From: Candidatus Electronema halotolerans
GTDB lineage: Bacteria > Desulfobacterota > Desulfobulbia > Desulfobulbales > Desulfobulbaceae
Direction: 5' to 3'
Assembly (NCBI GenBank): GCA_942493095.1
Contig: OW818675.1
Span: forward strand, 2,670,001 to 2,702,000
Length of the DNA stretch: 32,000 bases
Part shown: piece after piece, positions 1 to 8,290 of the stretch
How the letters are laid out: the number at the start of each line of letters is the position of its first letter
Position numbering within the stretch: the first letter of the stretch is position 1
Notes under the pieces: model-generated
The model's database searches: none
The model's input: only the letters and a program-made list of their open reading frames with translations
What the model was told of the DNA's origin: nothing
Translations under genes and position numbers: made by a program

Positions 1-1170
1 TACAGAGCAATACCTGTCAGAATCAGAGCCAGTCCAGCGCCAGCCTGCGGAGTATGAATAAAGTTGCGGGCCAGCCTGAACATTCTGTTCCTTATGATGG
101 CCTGCCCCCATATTGTGGCCCAACTCATGAATAACGGTGTAAGTCCATCCAGCCTGCTGGACGCGGATAAGGGAAAAGGCGTAATCAGGGAAACCGTCAG
201 GCAGGTAATCGCTCATAAGAGCGTATCCCAGCCCCCCGGTATCCTCCACCAGCGCAAACAAAGTCACCAAGTCGGCACCATAAGTCGTGCGCCACGTATG
301 AACATCATCCATATAACCATCTGAGGTCTCTTGAAGTCGGTCAAGATCAGTGTCTGAACTGCCGCTCTCTGTGTAACTCACCTCAGCAGAATGCACCAAA
401 CGAACATGCAGCATGGTGCTGCTGTTGTCCAGTGCCTGCTGTCCTCTTGACATAGCCTGACTGATGACGCTGTCAATCCCATCGCCATTGCTGTCAGCCC
501 ATGCTTTTGCCGCAGGTGTATAAACAACCATGACATCCACAGTCACTTCTTCATTCGGATCGGGGGTGTCGGCAGATGTCTCTGTTGACAATTTCCCTCT
601 GTTTGCAGGCGGAACGATTGGCGGCAAATCTTCAGGGACTTTGATGCGCTCCTGTGGAATTTCATAAAGCGTATGCTCTCCTGTCTGACGGTTAAAAACA
701 ACCTCGAACTTCCTCTTGTTAGAGGAATTGTCAAAAGTCAAAAGCAACTTGTCGCCGTCAATGGAAATGTAAAAGAAGTCATAGGCACTCCCCTGCACAG
801 GCCCACGCAGCGTAGTGACATGGTTGACATCAGTTTCCACCGCTTGAATTTCCAAAACGGCCTGCTCACCGTCAAACAAATTCATCAAAATCGTGTCGCC
901 GGGCCGCATTGTTCGTGAGGCATCAAAAAAATCAGCATTGATGCTGACCGCAGCAACGTTTGTGGCTATGGCAGCAAATTCAGGTGCAGATGCGTTGGAG
1001 GAAGCAGCATTTACAGAACTTGTGGCATCTTGCAGGGCAAAAGATTGAAACAGATTATGCTGATTTCCAGTTTCTTCAGCAAAGGCGGTCTTGGAAAGGC
1101 CAACACCGCTCAAAAATACCATAAAGAAAGCAAGCAGAATCAACTGAAGCTGAAAACAAATGAATTTCAT
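1..1170 (-). CDS. secreted zinc metalloprotease, metzincin / reprolysin-like (partial: C-terminus lies beyond the left window edge)
   Basis: Absent from the ORF track because no stop lies in the window. My translation of the minus strand from ATG 1170-1168 stays open for 390 codons to position 1. It starts MKFICFQLQLILLAFFMVFLSGVGLSKTAFAEE (Sec-type signal peptide). Near the left edge it reads TVIHELGHNMGAGHHKEQ = HExxHxxGxxH metzincin zinc site (about 97-132). GAGG lies 9-10 nt upstream of the ATG. Plus-strand track ORFs 64-324, 673-918 and 1030-1245 lie inside it and are discounted. Confidence 0.8.
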   Translation of the reverse strand, partial: MKFICFQLQLILLAFFMVFLSGVGLSKTAFAEETGNQHNLFQSFALQDATSSVNAASSNASAPEFAAIATNVAAVSINADFFDASRTMRPGDTILMNLFDGEQAVLEIQAVETDVNHVTTLRGPVQGSAYDFFYISIDGDKLLLTFDNSSNKRKFEVVFNRQTGEHTLYEIPQERIKVPEDLPPIVPPANRGKLSTETSADTPDPNEEVTVDVMVVYTPAAKAWADSNGDGIDSVISQAMSRGQQALDNSSTMLHVRLVHSAEVSYTESGSSDTDLDRLQETSDGYMDDVHTWRTTYGADLVTLFALVEDTGGLGYALMSDYLPDGFPDYAFSLIRVQQAGWTYTVIHELGHNMGAGHHKEQNVQAGPQLYSYSAGWRWTGSDSDRYCSV

Positions 1171-1203
1171 TCTAAATACCTCATCTATTTTTTGATTGTG
1201 TTG

Positions 1204-1437
1204 TCAGACTTCCGGCGCAATCCAATGCACATTGCTGCCAGTTAACTGGGAAGGCTCAGGAATTTCCTGCTCCTGCTCAAGGCGGTGCTCCATGACCAGC
1301 GTCAGCACTTCAGCAGCGTTGAACAAGGCTTCGTCCAGAGTTTTCCCTTGCGTCATCGCCTCCTCAAGATCAGGAAAGGCGACAAAGAAGATGCCGTCCT
1401 CCTCCTTTGTGGCTCGTGCCGGATATGCAATTTTCAT
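1204..1437 (-). CDS. HicB-family antitoxin-like protein (N-terminal HicB/DUF1902-like domain only, 77 aa)
   Basis: Last 77 codons of track ORF 1204-1662, starting at ATG 1437. MKIAYPARATKEEDGIFFVAFPDLEEAMTQGKTLDEALFNAAEVLTLVMEHRLEQEQEIPEPS fits the HicB N-domain pattern (Y.a...edG.f.v.fPDl....tqG.TleEAl.na.eal......IP.P). No C-terminal RHH/HTH domain and no hicA partner found in any frame of 1438-1741. The upstream part of the track ORF is the lysS remnant. Confidence 0.6.
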   Translation of the reverse strand: MKIAYPARATKEEDGIFFVAFPDLEEAMTQGKTLDEALFNAAEVLTLVMEHRLEQEQEIPEPSQLTGSNVHWIAPEV

Positions 1438-1451
1438 TTCAGCTTCACGTC

Positions 1452-1532
1452 GGCAGAGAGCTGGATCACAATCCCGGATGGAGTGCGAGTCCGTGAGCAG
1501 CATGGCCCTTCGCCCGCCGCAGAGGGCAATCT
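1452..1532 (-). pseudogene. decayed remnant of a lysyl-tRNA synthetase 3' end (class II motif 3 region)
   Basis: Minus-strand reading gives ...GGRRAMLLTDSHSIRDCD..., compared with the intact lysS C-terminus [22 protein letters not shown]. Hand alignment of 1464-1504 to lysS 2981-3019: 32 of 40 aligned positions identical, with a 1-nt indel. A second block (1506-1530 vs about 3041-3065) matches 21/25 after a ~19-nt deletion. No start, no upstream catalytic domain. Confidence 0.65.
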
Positions 1533-1647
1533 GACTGCTGCACGATAAGCGTGAAACTGCCTGAACAGGCATCGTAGGCATCGGCGTGTTTTTTGTCAAC
1601 AGGAAAGATGGGAAAACTGAAGCGCACGAGCGGCCTGAACTGGACAG

Positions 1648-1672
1648 CACTTGTGAGCGCAACTCACAAGTG
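1648..1672. other. perfect 10-bp inverted repeat CACTTGTGAG-cgcaa-CTCACAAGTG (hairpin or operator-like palindrome)
   Basis: Read directly. A third copy of ACTCACAAG at 1685-1693 and a small palindrome GAGTCaGACTC at 1678-1688 follow. It lies downstream of the 1742 stop and about 210 nt upstream of the HicB-like ATG on the minus strand. No U-tract on the minus strand. Confidence 0.5.
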
Positions 1673-1741
1673 TTTATGAGTCAGACTCACAAGCATGATC
1701 CAGTTTGGCGTGGAAGCACTGCGCGGCAAAGGGGAGTAAAG

Positions 1742-2470
1742 TCAGTTGCGCGGCAATTGGTTGGGATTTGCTTTGTTCATCTCTGATTCCGTGCTGCATT
1801 CTTCCGCTTCCCATTCTGTAACCAAGCGATCAACAGACTGAAATATTTTGGTGACTGCGACTGAGTCAATCAACTCGCTTGCGCCGTGGGCGATCCGGTT
1901 GCGCCTGTCCATGAACTCGTGAAAAAAATCAATATCATCTACTGATATTTCTCCTTGCGAGTACATCTGCTTCAGCAGCCTTGAAGCAGGAAAACGTTCA
2001 ACAGGAATATGTTGAGCAATTGCCCGTTTTCGCAACGCTGCTTCAAAGATGCTCCAGAGGTAAAGCAGGGCAGGTTCAAGGATGCCTTCTGCAATGAGAG
2101 ATTGCGCTTGCCGCAGCTTTGTCGATATCTGCGACCAAGCAGGCAATTCCCTGCTGGTTGTTGGAATATCTAATGAATCAACGTCCTCTAATGTCACCAG
2201 CAAAAAACGCCAGCCAGGATGCTTGGATATCTCCTGAGCAAGCAATTGAAAGCGATCAACAGAAATACGAGATGCGCTTGGCTTCACTTCAATTATCAAT
2301 CCGACATCGCCCTTCGTGGCCACCAAATCTGGTCTGTATTCGCCAAGATCGAAAGGCAGATCATCAACAGATGGTTCCTTGACAACAGTAAATCCTTGTT
2401 GCGTGTAGGATGAAGCCAACGAATCAATTTTTTCATTCTCATTGCTGGCTGTTTTTGCAGAGCTGTTCAT
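1742..2470 (-). CDS. hypothetical two-domain protein: N-terminal PD-(D/E)xK (restriction-endonuclease fold) + C-terminal HEPN-like domain
   Basis: 242-aa ORF. ATG 2470 overlaps the stop of the upstream ORF (ATGA). N-half: EYRPDLVATKGDVGLIIEVKPS = D...ExK nuclease motif preceded by a helix. C-half: all-helical context ending FHEFMDRRNRIAHGAS, with an R-x4-H motif (RNRIAH) as in HEPN RNases (DUF4145/HepT-like). Domain calls are by eye only. Confidence 0.7.
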   Translation of the reverse strand: MNSSAKTASNENEKIDSLASSYTQQGFTVVKEPSVDDLPFDLGEYRPDLVATKGDVGLIIEVKPSASRISVDRFQLLAQEISKHPGWRFLLVTLEDVDSLDIPTTSRELPAWSQISTKLRQAQSLIAEGILEPALLYLWSIFEAALRKRAIAQHIPVERFPASRLLKQMYSQGEISVDDIDFFHEFMDRRNRIAHGASELIDSVAVTKIFQSVDRLVTEWEAEECSTESEMNKANPNQLPRN

Positions 2471-2874
2471 AGGTAACTCCCAAGGTCTTGTGCCTCACTG
2501 ACCCTCACATAGACACATTCATTTCCCTCAGCAACGCCTATTTGGAGCAATGGGGGAAGATTTGTCACATCAATTGGATCGGTCAAAAACCTTCGATGGC
2601 TATCGATATCAGACACAATGCTGTCATCCTCATAAACTAACCCCACGAGAGCATCTTGAATCGGCTTAATAATATTGTCTATGTCTGCTGGTGTGCTATT
2701 GCAAAGATAGACTATCGAAAATCGAAGTGAAGGTGAAGACAATGGAGGAGTGCTGCTGCTCCATACCTTTTTTGCTTCTTTAGTCACGAAGCTCTTCCAT
2801 GCTTGAAGATTTTTTCTGTGTCTCGCCTGCTGTGAAACAGGTCGTTTCCGAATCAGGAATTCAAAGGGCTTCAT
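2467..2874 (-). CDS. RusA-like endodeoxyribonuclease (Holliday-junction resolvase fold) homologue
   Basis: 135-aa ORF. PADIDNIIKPIQDALVGLVYEDDSIVSD matches the RusA-family catalytic core as I remember it (D-[LI]-D-N-x2-K-x3-D-A-L ... DD). The N-terminal FEFLIRKRPVSQQ also resembles the RusA start. No obvious SD before ATG 2874. Lower GC than lysS. Confidence 0.6.
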   Translation of the reverse strand: MKPFEFLIRKRPVSQQARHRKNLQAWKSFVTKEAKKVWSSSTPPLSSPSLRFSIVYLCNSTPADIDNIIKPIQDALVGLVYEDDSIVSDIDSHRRFLTDPIDVTNLPPLLQIGVAEGNECVYVRVSEAQDLGSYL

Positions 2875-2893
2875 ATACGTTTAAACCAGCAAT

Positions 2894-2928
2894 GCAGGTT
2901 GGAAAAATTGAAGCACTCTCCAACCTGC
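2894..2928. other. perfect 10-bp stem / 15-nt loop hairpin between the lysS stop and the RusA-like start
   Basis: GCAGGTTGGA-aaaattgaagcactc-TCCAACCTGC read directly. It lies 19 nt after the lysS stop on the minus strand, with no U-tract after it. It could be a weak terminator, a processing site or an old attachment-site element. Confidence 0.45.
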
Positions 2929-2947
2929 ACAGCTCCTGGACAACGAA

Positions 2948-4432
2948 TCACTTCGCTTCCGCCTTCAAATGCGGAAAGAGAATCACATCCCTGATCGAAG
3001 GCGAATCAGTCAGCAGCATGACCAGCCGGTCAATGCCAATGCCTTCACCCGCTGCTGAGGGCATTCCATACTCCAAGGCGCGGACATAGTCCTGATCCAG
3101 CTCAGGATGAATCTCCTCATCCTCGCCGCGCTCCGCAATCTGCTTGACGAAACGCTCATGCTGATCAATCGGATCATTCAGCTCAGAGAAGGCATTGGCA
3201 ATCTCCCTGCCTGTGATGAACAGCTCGAAGCGGTCGGTCACGCTGGGGTCATCCTCGTTGCGGCGGGCGAGCGGCGATATCTCCGCAGGGTAGGAGGTGA
3301 TGAAGGTCGGGTTGATCAGCTTCTCCTCCACCAGCAGCTCGAACAGGCCGGTGCGGGCCTTGCCCGGCCCGGAGTCTGGCTGCAAGTCCACCTTGTGCTG
3401 CTTGGCCAGCTCCATCACCGCCACATCATCGGCCACTGTAGCCGCATCCAAGCCTGCAATCTCGGTCAGAGCCTCGGTCATCGTCAGCCGCTGCCAGGGC
3501 GGGGCAAGGCTGATCGGCGTGCCTTGGTACGTGATCTGCATGGTGCCGTTCACCTGCTGACAGATGGAGGAAATCATCTCCTCAGTCAGGTCCATCAGGT
3601 CGTCATAAGTCGCATACGCCTGATAAAACTCCAGCATGGTGAACTCAGGATTGTGCCGCGTCGAAAGCCCCTCATTGCGGAAGTTGCGGTTGATCTCAAA
3701 GACCCGCTCAAAGCCGCCCACCACCAGCCGCTTGAGGTACAGCTCCGGGGCGATGCGCAGATACAGCTCCATGTCCAGCGCGTTGTGGTGGGTGATGAAG
3801 GGCTTGGCCGCCGCGCCGCCCGGAATCGGGTGGAGCATCGGCGTTTCCACCTCCAAGAAGCCGCGCTGGCTCAGAAACTCACGCAGCAGACGGATGATCT
3901 CCATGCGCTTGCGAAAGGTGCTGCGCACCTCCGGGTTGACGATCAGGTCAACGTAACGCTGGCGGTAGCGGGTCTCCACATCAGTCAGGCCGTGGAACTT
4001 CTCCGGCAGCGGGCGCAGGGACTTGCTGATCAGATGCAGCTTGGTTGCCTCAATGGACGGCTCGCCAGTCTTGGTCTTGAACGGCCTGCCCTCCACGCCG
4101 ACAATGTCGCCGGTATCCCATTTCTTAAAGTGACCGAACTGCTCCGCGCCGAGCACGTCCAAGCGAGCGTACACCTGGATGCGGGCCGACTCATCCTGCA
4201 AATGAAAGAAGGCGGCCTTGCCAAACTTGCGCATTGACATGACCCGGCCAGCGACTCGGCAGGACACGTCTTCCGGGGCATGCGCTTCCGGCTCCAAGGC
4301 CTCGGCCTGCGGCAGAATCTCGGCAATATGCTGCGGATGCTTGAAATCGTTGCTGAACAGCTTCACGCCGTCATCGGCGAGGCTCTGCGCCTTTTCCCGG
4401 CGCTGCTTGAGGAGGTTGTTGAGATTGTCCAT
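2948..4432 (-). CDS. lysS: lysine--tRNA ligase (class II LysRS)
   Basis: 494-aa ORF with class IIb hallmarks: [23 protein letters not shown] (motif 2 region) and [26 protein letters not shown] (motif 3). ATG 4432 directly abuts the ablB stop (TAAATG). Confidence 0.97.
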   Translation of the reverse strand: MDNLNNLLKQRREKAQSLADDGVKLFSNDFKHPQHIAEILPQAEALEPEAHAPEDVSCRVAGRVMSMRKFGKAAFFHLQDESARIQVYARLDVLGAEQFGHFKKWDTGDIVGVEGRPFKTKTGEPSIEATKLHLISKSLRPLPEKFHGLTDVETRYRQRYVDLIVNPEVRSTFRKRMEIIRLLREFLSQRGFLEVETPMLHPIPGGAAAKPFITHHNALDMELYLRIAPELYLKRLVVGGFERVFEINRNFRNEGLSTRHNPEFTMLEFYQAYATYDDLMDLTEEMISSICQQVNGTMQITYQGTPISLAPPWQRLTMTEALTEIAGLDAATVADDVAVMELAKQHKVDLQPDSGPGKARTGLFELLVEEKLINPTFITSYPAEISPLARRNEDDPSVTDRFELFITGREIANAFSELNDPIDQHERFVKQIAERGEDEEIHPELDQDYVRALEYGMPSAAGEGIGIDRLVMLLTDSPSIRDVILFPHLKAEAK

Positions 4433-5314
4433 TTAGTGCATTGATTGATTTGAGGCTGCTTTCGGCTGCATCAGCGGCTTGTGCCAGACATTCATGCTTT
4501 CAATGCTGCCGGAGATATTGGTGTTGTTCTTCAGCCTGCCGGCAAACTGATACGCAGCCTTGGCAAAGGTGATGTTCATGCCCGGCGACATGGCCCTGGC
4601 TATGGTGTAGGCGGTCATGATCTGCTCCTGCCGCAGATGCTGCTCCATGCGGCGGAGCAGATGCAGGGCCAGACTGTTGCCTGTCCATTCCGGCAGGGTG
4701 GCGAAATCAGTGATCTCGGCATTGGCGGCCTCGTGGTCTATTTCCGCCGAACCAAGAGCAACCAGCCTGCCCTTGGTCTCAATACCGAAATAGGCGACAT
4801 GGCTGCGCATGGTCTCCAGCAAATATTCCGCCTCATAGATGGGAAATGGGTAGGAGGGAAAGACCTGCCGGTAAATGGCCGCCATTGCCGCTGCATCCGC
4901 CTCGGTGCAGCGGCGCACTGTGAAAGCGGCATCAAGGGCAGGCATTCCATCGCCCTGCTTTGCCTCGGCCAGCCGAAGAAATTCTTCCATTGCCGCAGCA
5001 TCTGTTTCTTTGCTCCGCTCCTTCTGCAAATAACGGCAGAGAAACAAGGCATTTTCCTGGCCGACAAAGAAACCGGGAATGTCGGCCTCTTCTTGGAAAC
5101 CAATCTCAAGAAAGCCAGCCGCAGCCGTCTCAGGCACCTTGGCGAAGATCTTGGAATAATCGTTCTCCCTTGCAAAGGCGACAAGCTGATCTGGGAAATC
5201 AGCCGCCGCTTCCGGGTCCAAGCGCATCAGATAAACCCGATCATTGTACGGCCCGTGCTGAATCAGGCTGCCGCACAGCTCCTCAATCTTATCCTGCGGC
5301 GGCATCCGACTCAT
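4433..5314 (-). CDS. ablB: beta-lysine N6-acetyltransferase (GNAT, AblB-type)
   Basis: 293-aa ORF immediately downstream of and overlapping ablA. N-terminal [12 protein letters not shown] region plus a GNAT-like C-half ([11 protein letters not shown]...[24 protein letters not shown]). Position after a lysine 2,3-aminomutase is the classic abl arrangement. ATG 5314 overlaps ablA by 26 nt. The alternative ATG 5305 has better spacing from GGGAGG. Confidence 0.8.
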   Translation of the reverse strand: MSRMPPQDKIEELCGSLIQHGPYNDRVYLMRLDPEAAADFPDQLVAFARENDYSKIFAKVPETAAAGFLEIGFQEEADIPGFFVGQENALFLCRYLQKERSKETDAAAMEEFLRLAEAKQGDGMPALDAAFTVRRCTEADAAAMAAIYRQVFPSYPFPIYEAEYLLETMRSHVAYFGIETKGRLVALGSAEIDHEAANAEITDFATLPEWTGNSLALHLLRRMEQHLRQEQIMTAYTIARAMSPGMNITFAKAAYQFAGRLKNNTNISGSIESMNVWHKPLMQPKAASNQSMH

Positions 5315-6617
5315 CCTCCCGCTTGCTCATCCGCTCGTTGTCCGCAGGCACCAAGGAGATGGTGTCATTATAATCGGCCAGCAGCTTCCTGATCCCGACC
5401 GGCTGGTATTCCGTGGCCTCGTCCAAGGCAAGCTGGAGGTCGCACTGATCGCATTTGCGGTTGCAGAAGACTGGCTCGTAGGAGTCAGGCTCTTTATACG
5501 TGGTGATCACGCCCTCGTAATTGCGCAGCACCACTTTGTTGGTTGACCACGAGATCAGATAGTTAGGCATGACCGGAATCTTGCCGCCACCGCCAGGCGC
5601 ATCAATGACATAGGTCGGCACACTGAAACCGCTTGTATGGCCGATCATGCTCTCGATAATCTCAATGCCCTTGCCCACCGGCGTTCTGAAATGGGACAGC
5701 CCTTCTGAGAGGTCGCACTGGTAGAGATAATAGGGCCTGACCCGGTTAGCGACTAATTTATGCACCAGCGTCCGCATGATTCGAGGACAGTCGTTCACGC
5801 CTGCCAAGAGCACGGTCTGGTTGCCGAGCGGAATGCCTGCGTCGGCCAGTTTAGCCAAAGCGCGCCGGGCTGAGGCTGTCACCTCTCTTGGGTGATTGAA
5901 ATGAGTGTTGATCCAAAGGGGATGATGCTTCTTCAGCATCGCGACCAGCTCATCCGTGATCCGATAGGGCAGGACCACCGGCGTTCTGGTGCCGATGCGG
6001 ACCACCTCAACATGCTTGATCTTGCCCAGTTCGGTGAGGATGTAATCTAAATACTCATCCGAGAGCAGAAAGGGGTCGCCGCCGCTGAGAAGCACATCCC
6101 TAATTCTTGGCGTGCTGCGGATATAGTCCAAGCCCTGCTCAATGACTTCCCGTGACGGGATGCTGTCTCGGTCGCCAACCTTTCGCTTGCGGGTGCAGTG
6201 ACGGCAGTACATGGCGCAGACATTGCTGACCAGAAAAAGCACGCGGTCAGGATAGCGGTGGGTGATGCCCGGCACCGGACTGTCCTGATCCTCATGCAGC
6301 GGGTCAGCCATGTCTGCGTCAGCTATGTCAAGTTCCTTGATCGAAGGAACGGCCTGCATGAACACAGGATCATGTTCAAAATCATCCCGGTTGATCAGCG
6401 ATAAATAATACGGGGTGATGGAGAGAGGAAATTTCTCTATGGTCGTCCGAATCTGCTCTCTGATCTCCTCTTTCAGTTCCAAGTCAAGGAAATTTTCTAT
6501 ATCCTCCAGTGATCTGATCCGGTGCCGCACCTGCCATTTCCAGTCCTGCCACAGCGACTTAGAAACATCCACATCAATCCTTTCTGCTATTTCCTGCTGA
6601 TTTTCCGTATAAATCAT
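5289..6617 (-). CDS. ablA: L-lysine 2,3-aminomutase (radical SAM, KamA/AblA)
   Basis: Radical-SAM [11 protein letters not shown] (CxxxCxxC). KamA-type N-terminus [13 protein letters not shown]-terminal region [15 protein letters not shown]. The track start 6635 is TTG; ATG 6617 (MIYTEN...) is preceded by AAGGA 6 nt upstream and is preferred. Confidence 0.9.
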   Translation of the reverse strand: MIYTENQQEIAERIDVDVSKSLWQDWKWQVRHRIRSLEDIENFLDLELKEEIREQIRTTIEKFPLSITPYYLSLINRDDFEHDPVFMQAVPSIKELDIADADMADPLHEDQDSPVPGITHRYPDRVLFLVSNVCAMYCRHCTRKRKVGDRDSIPSREVIEQGLDYIRSTPRIRDVLLSGGDPFLLSDEYLDYILTELGKIKHVEVVRIGTRTPVVLPYRITDELVAMLKKHHPLWINTHFNHPREVTASARRALAKLADAGIPLGNQTVLLAGVNDCPRIMRTLVHKLVANRVRPYYLYQCDLSEGLSHFRTPVGKGIEIIESMIGHTSGFSVPTYVIDAPGGGGKIPVMPNYLISWSTNKVVLRNYEGVITTYKEPDSYEPVFCNRKCDQCDLQLALDEATEYQPVGIRKLLADYNDTISLVPADNERMSKREDESDAAAG

Positions 6618-6702
6618 TCCAATCCTTTTGTTCAATGAATGCTTGAGCAGGACTGCTGTTCGCTATTTTAGTCGGAATAAGCAGTCTGCCGCCTATAAAC
6701 CG

Positions 6703-7797
6703 TTAGGTCAGATATTTTGCCCGCAAATTAGCGGACACGGCCTTGGTCATGTCCAGCACCTTCCGGGCGTGTTCCTGCCTGAGCGAGCCAGTGCCGCAGC
6801 TTGGCGTGATCAGCATCTGCCGGAGTAAATCCGCCTGCTCCCGGCCCGGCTTGATAAGTTTTCGTACCTGGTGCTCCCAGAGCAAGGTCAGCGACTCTGC
6901 GCTTTCCTTATCAATATCATAAGGTTTGCCAGTGGGAATACCGCCCCAGGCGAGAATGCCGCCCCGGTCCAAATAGCTGTGGACTTGCTCAGTCAATGCG
7001 GCAAGTTTGTCAAAAAAACTATAGGCATCAAAGCTAAGAATGTCAATTTTTGAGGAAAGCAGGACTTCCCATTCCGTGTTGGCACAGACATGAATTCCGG
7101 CCAGACCGCCTGCCGCGTGGATTGCCTCGGCGACTTCGTTGAGCATTTCCTGAACGGTGGCGTTGCTCACCGAGATGAACGCCGAGGAACCTAATCCGGC
7201 CAAGGCTGGTTCGTCAATAAAAACGATCACCTGCCCGCCGCAGCGTTCAGCAAGGAAGCGGGTCTGCCACGCCGCCTTCATGGCAATGCCTTTGACCACC
7301 ATTTCCCGGACTGTGTCGTCGTAATAACCCGCCCGGCCTTGGCTGTCCTTAATGCCGGTGAGCATGGTGAACGGGCCTGTTACTTGCCCTTTGACGGCAA
7401 CAGGCTGGCGGTTGCTTGCCTCAAGGTTCGCAGCAAACTGATACAGGCCCTCGGCCCGCGCCCGGCTGACTTGGAAGCGGGAGCCGAGCAGCTTGGCCGG
7501 GTCTTCCTGCACGGTCATGTAATCTTCATAAAAAGCCAGCATCTCGGCTTCAAAGTCCGGGCCGCCAGTGTCATAGAAGATGCGGCCTTCCGGCGCGGTC
7601 AGGTTTTCCTCGCAGATGCAGGGAATGCCTTCGGCAAACTGGGGCATCATCTGTTCAAGAGGATTGCCGGGCAGCTGCGGCCAGAGGGGAATCTCCGGCG
7701 TGGCCGTGAAAATCCAGTCAAGGGCCTGCTGGTGGTCGTTGAGCGGCAGAGAGCCGATCAGGACGGGCAGGCCGAAGGGGGTGAAATGATTTGTCAT
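6703..7797 (-). CDS. cobalamin-independent methionine synthase (MetE C-terminal)-like / URO-D-like superfamily protein
   Basis: 364-aa ORF, ATG 7797. GIHVCANTEW and LITPSCGTGS resemble the His/Cys zinc-ligand strings of the MetE catalytic domain (H.C ... CG). Exact function not assignable by eye. Confidence 0.6.
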   Translation of the reverse strand: MTNHFTPFGLPVLIGSLPLNDHQQALDWIFTATPEIPLWPQLPGNPLEQMMPQFAEGIPCICEENLTAPEGRIFYDTGGPDFEAEMLAFYEDYMTVQEDPAKLLGSRFQVSRARAEGLYQFAANLEASNRQPVAVKGQVTGPFTMLTGIKDSQGRAGYYDDTVREMVVKGIAMKAAWQTRFLAERCGGQVIVFIDEPALAGLGSSAFISVSNATVQEMLNEVAEAIHAAGGLAGIHVCANTEWEVLLSSKIDILSFDAYSFFDKLAALTEQVHSYLDRGGILAWGGIPTGKPYDIDKESAESLTLLWEHQVRKLIKPGREQADLLRQMLITPSCGTGSLRQEHARKVLDMTKAVSANLRAKYLT

Positions 7798-7868
7798 AAC
7801 AAAACCTTGCCAACTATTTCAAAAAAAGAATCATTCTTGCATCAGACATGATTGCAATGAGCAGATGT

Positions 7869-8288
7869 TTATCGCTGGAAATCGCTAAAGAACGCACCCC
7901 GAAAGAAACGTTTCCCTTTAACAAGCATAAATGCCCATGCAAGTATAGCAACGCCAGTGACCTGACTGTACGGAATGTTTAAATTTGCAAATTGCTCTGG
8001 AAAAAGCCCAGCAAATCCTAATGGCATTATCGCAACACCTATGTATGGACCAATATCTCTTCCGTTGAAGAAAAATATTCCTGCATAAATTATAATTATT
8101 ATTACCAGATAAGCAGAGAGTGAACCAAAAATGAGAACTGTTAGATATGTAAGCAGCAAGCCAAAACCAGTATATTTTTGTATTGAAGGCCCGAATTCGA
8201 CTAAATATGAGCTGATCAAGGCGGAGATAAAAATACTTGCTGACAAATCATCTACTGCTTTTGCGAAAGTTGTGCTTAATGGCTCCAT
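7869..8288 (-). CDS. small integral membrane protein (4-5 hydrophobic segments), hypothetical
   Basis: Track ORF 7869-8372 trimmed to ATG 8288 (MEPLSTT...). That ATG sits 2 nt after the vapC stop (TAGATATG) with AGGGA 7 nt upstream. Very hydrophobic (LLLTYLTVLIFGSLSAYLVIIIIIYAGIFFF etc.). AT-rich. Confidence 0.55.
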   Translation of the reverse strand: MEPLSTTFAKAVDDLSASIFISALISSYLVEFGPSIQKYTGFGLLLTYLTVLIFGSLSAYLVIIIIIYAGIFFFNGRDIGPYIGVAIMPLGFAGLFPEQFANLNIPYSQVTGVAILAWAFMLVKGKRFFRGAFFSDFQR

Positions 8289-8290
8289 AT

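Noticed and set aside
1438-1662. N-terminal extension of track ORF 1204-1662 (152-aa version of the HicB-like gene), and a search for hicA in 1438-1741
   Set aside because: The extension is the in-frame lysS 3' remnant, not HicB sequence. No HicA-like (~60-80 aa, dsRBD-type) ORF exists in any minus frame there.
3107-4237. 376-aa plus-strand ORF antisense to lysS (also 4481-5392 antisense to ablB and 7339-7851 antisense to the MetE-like gene)
   Set aside because: Fully overlapped by genes with unmistakable conserved motifs. Their composition (Leu/Arg/Gly/His-rich) is typical of antisense frames in GC-rich coding DNA.
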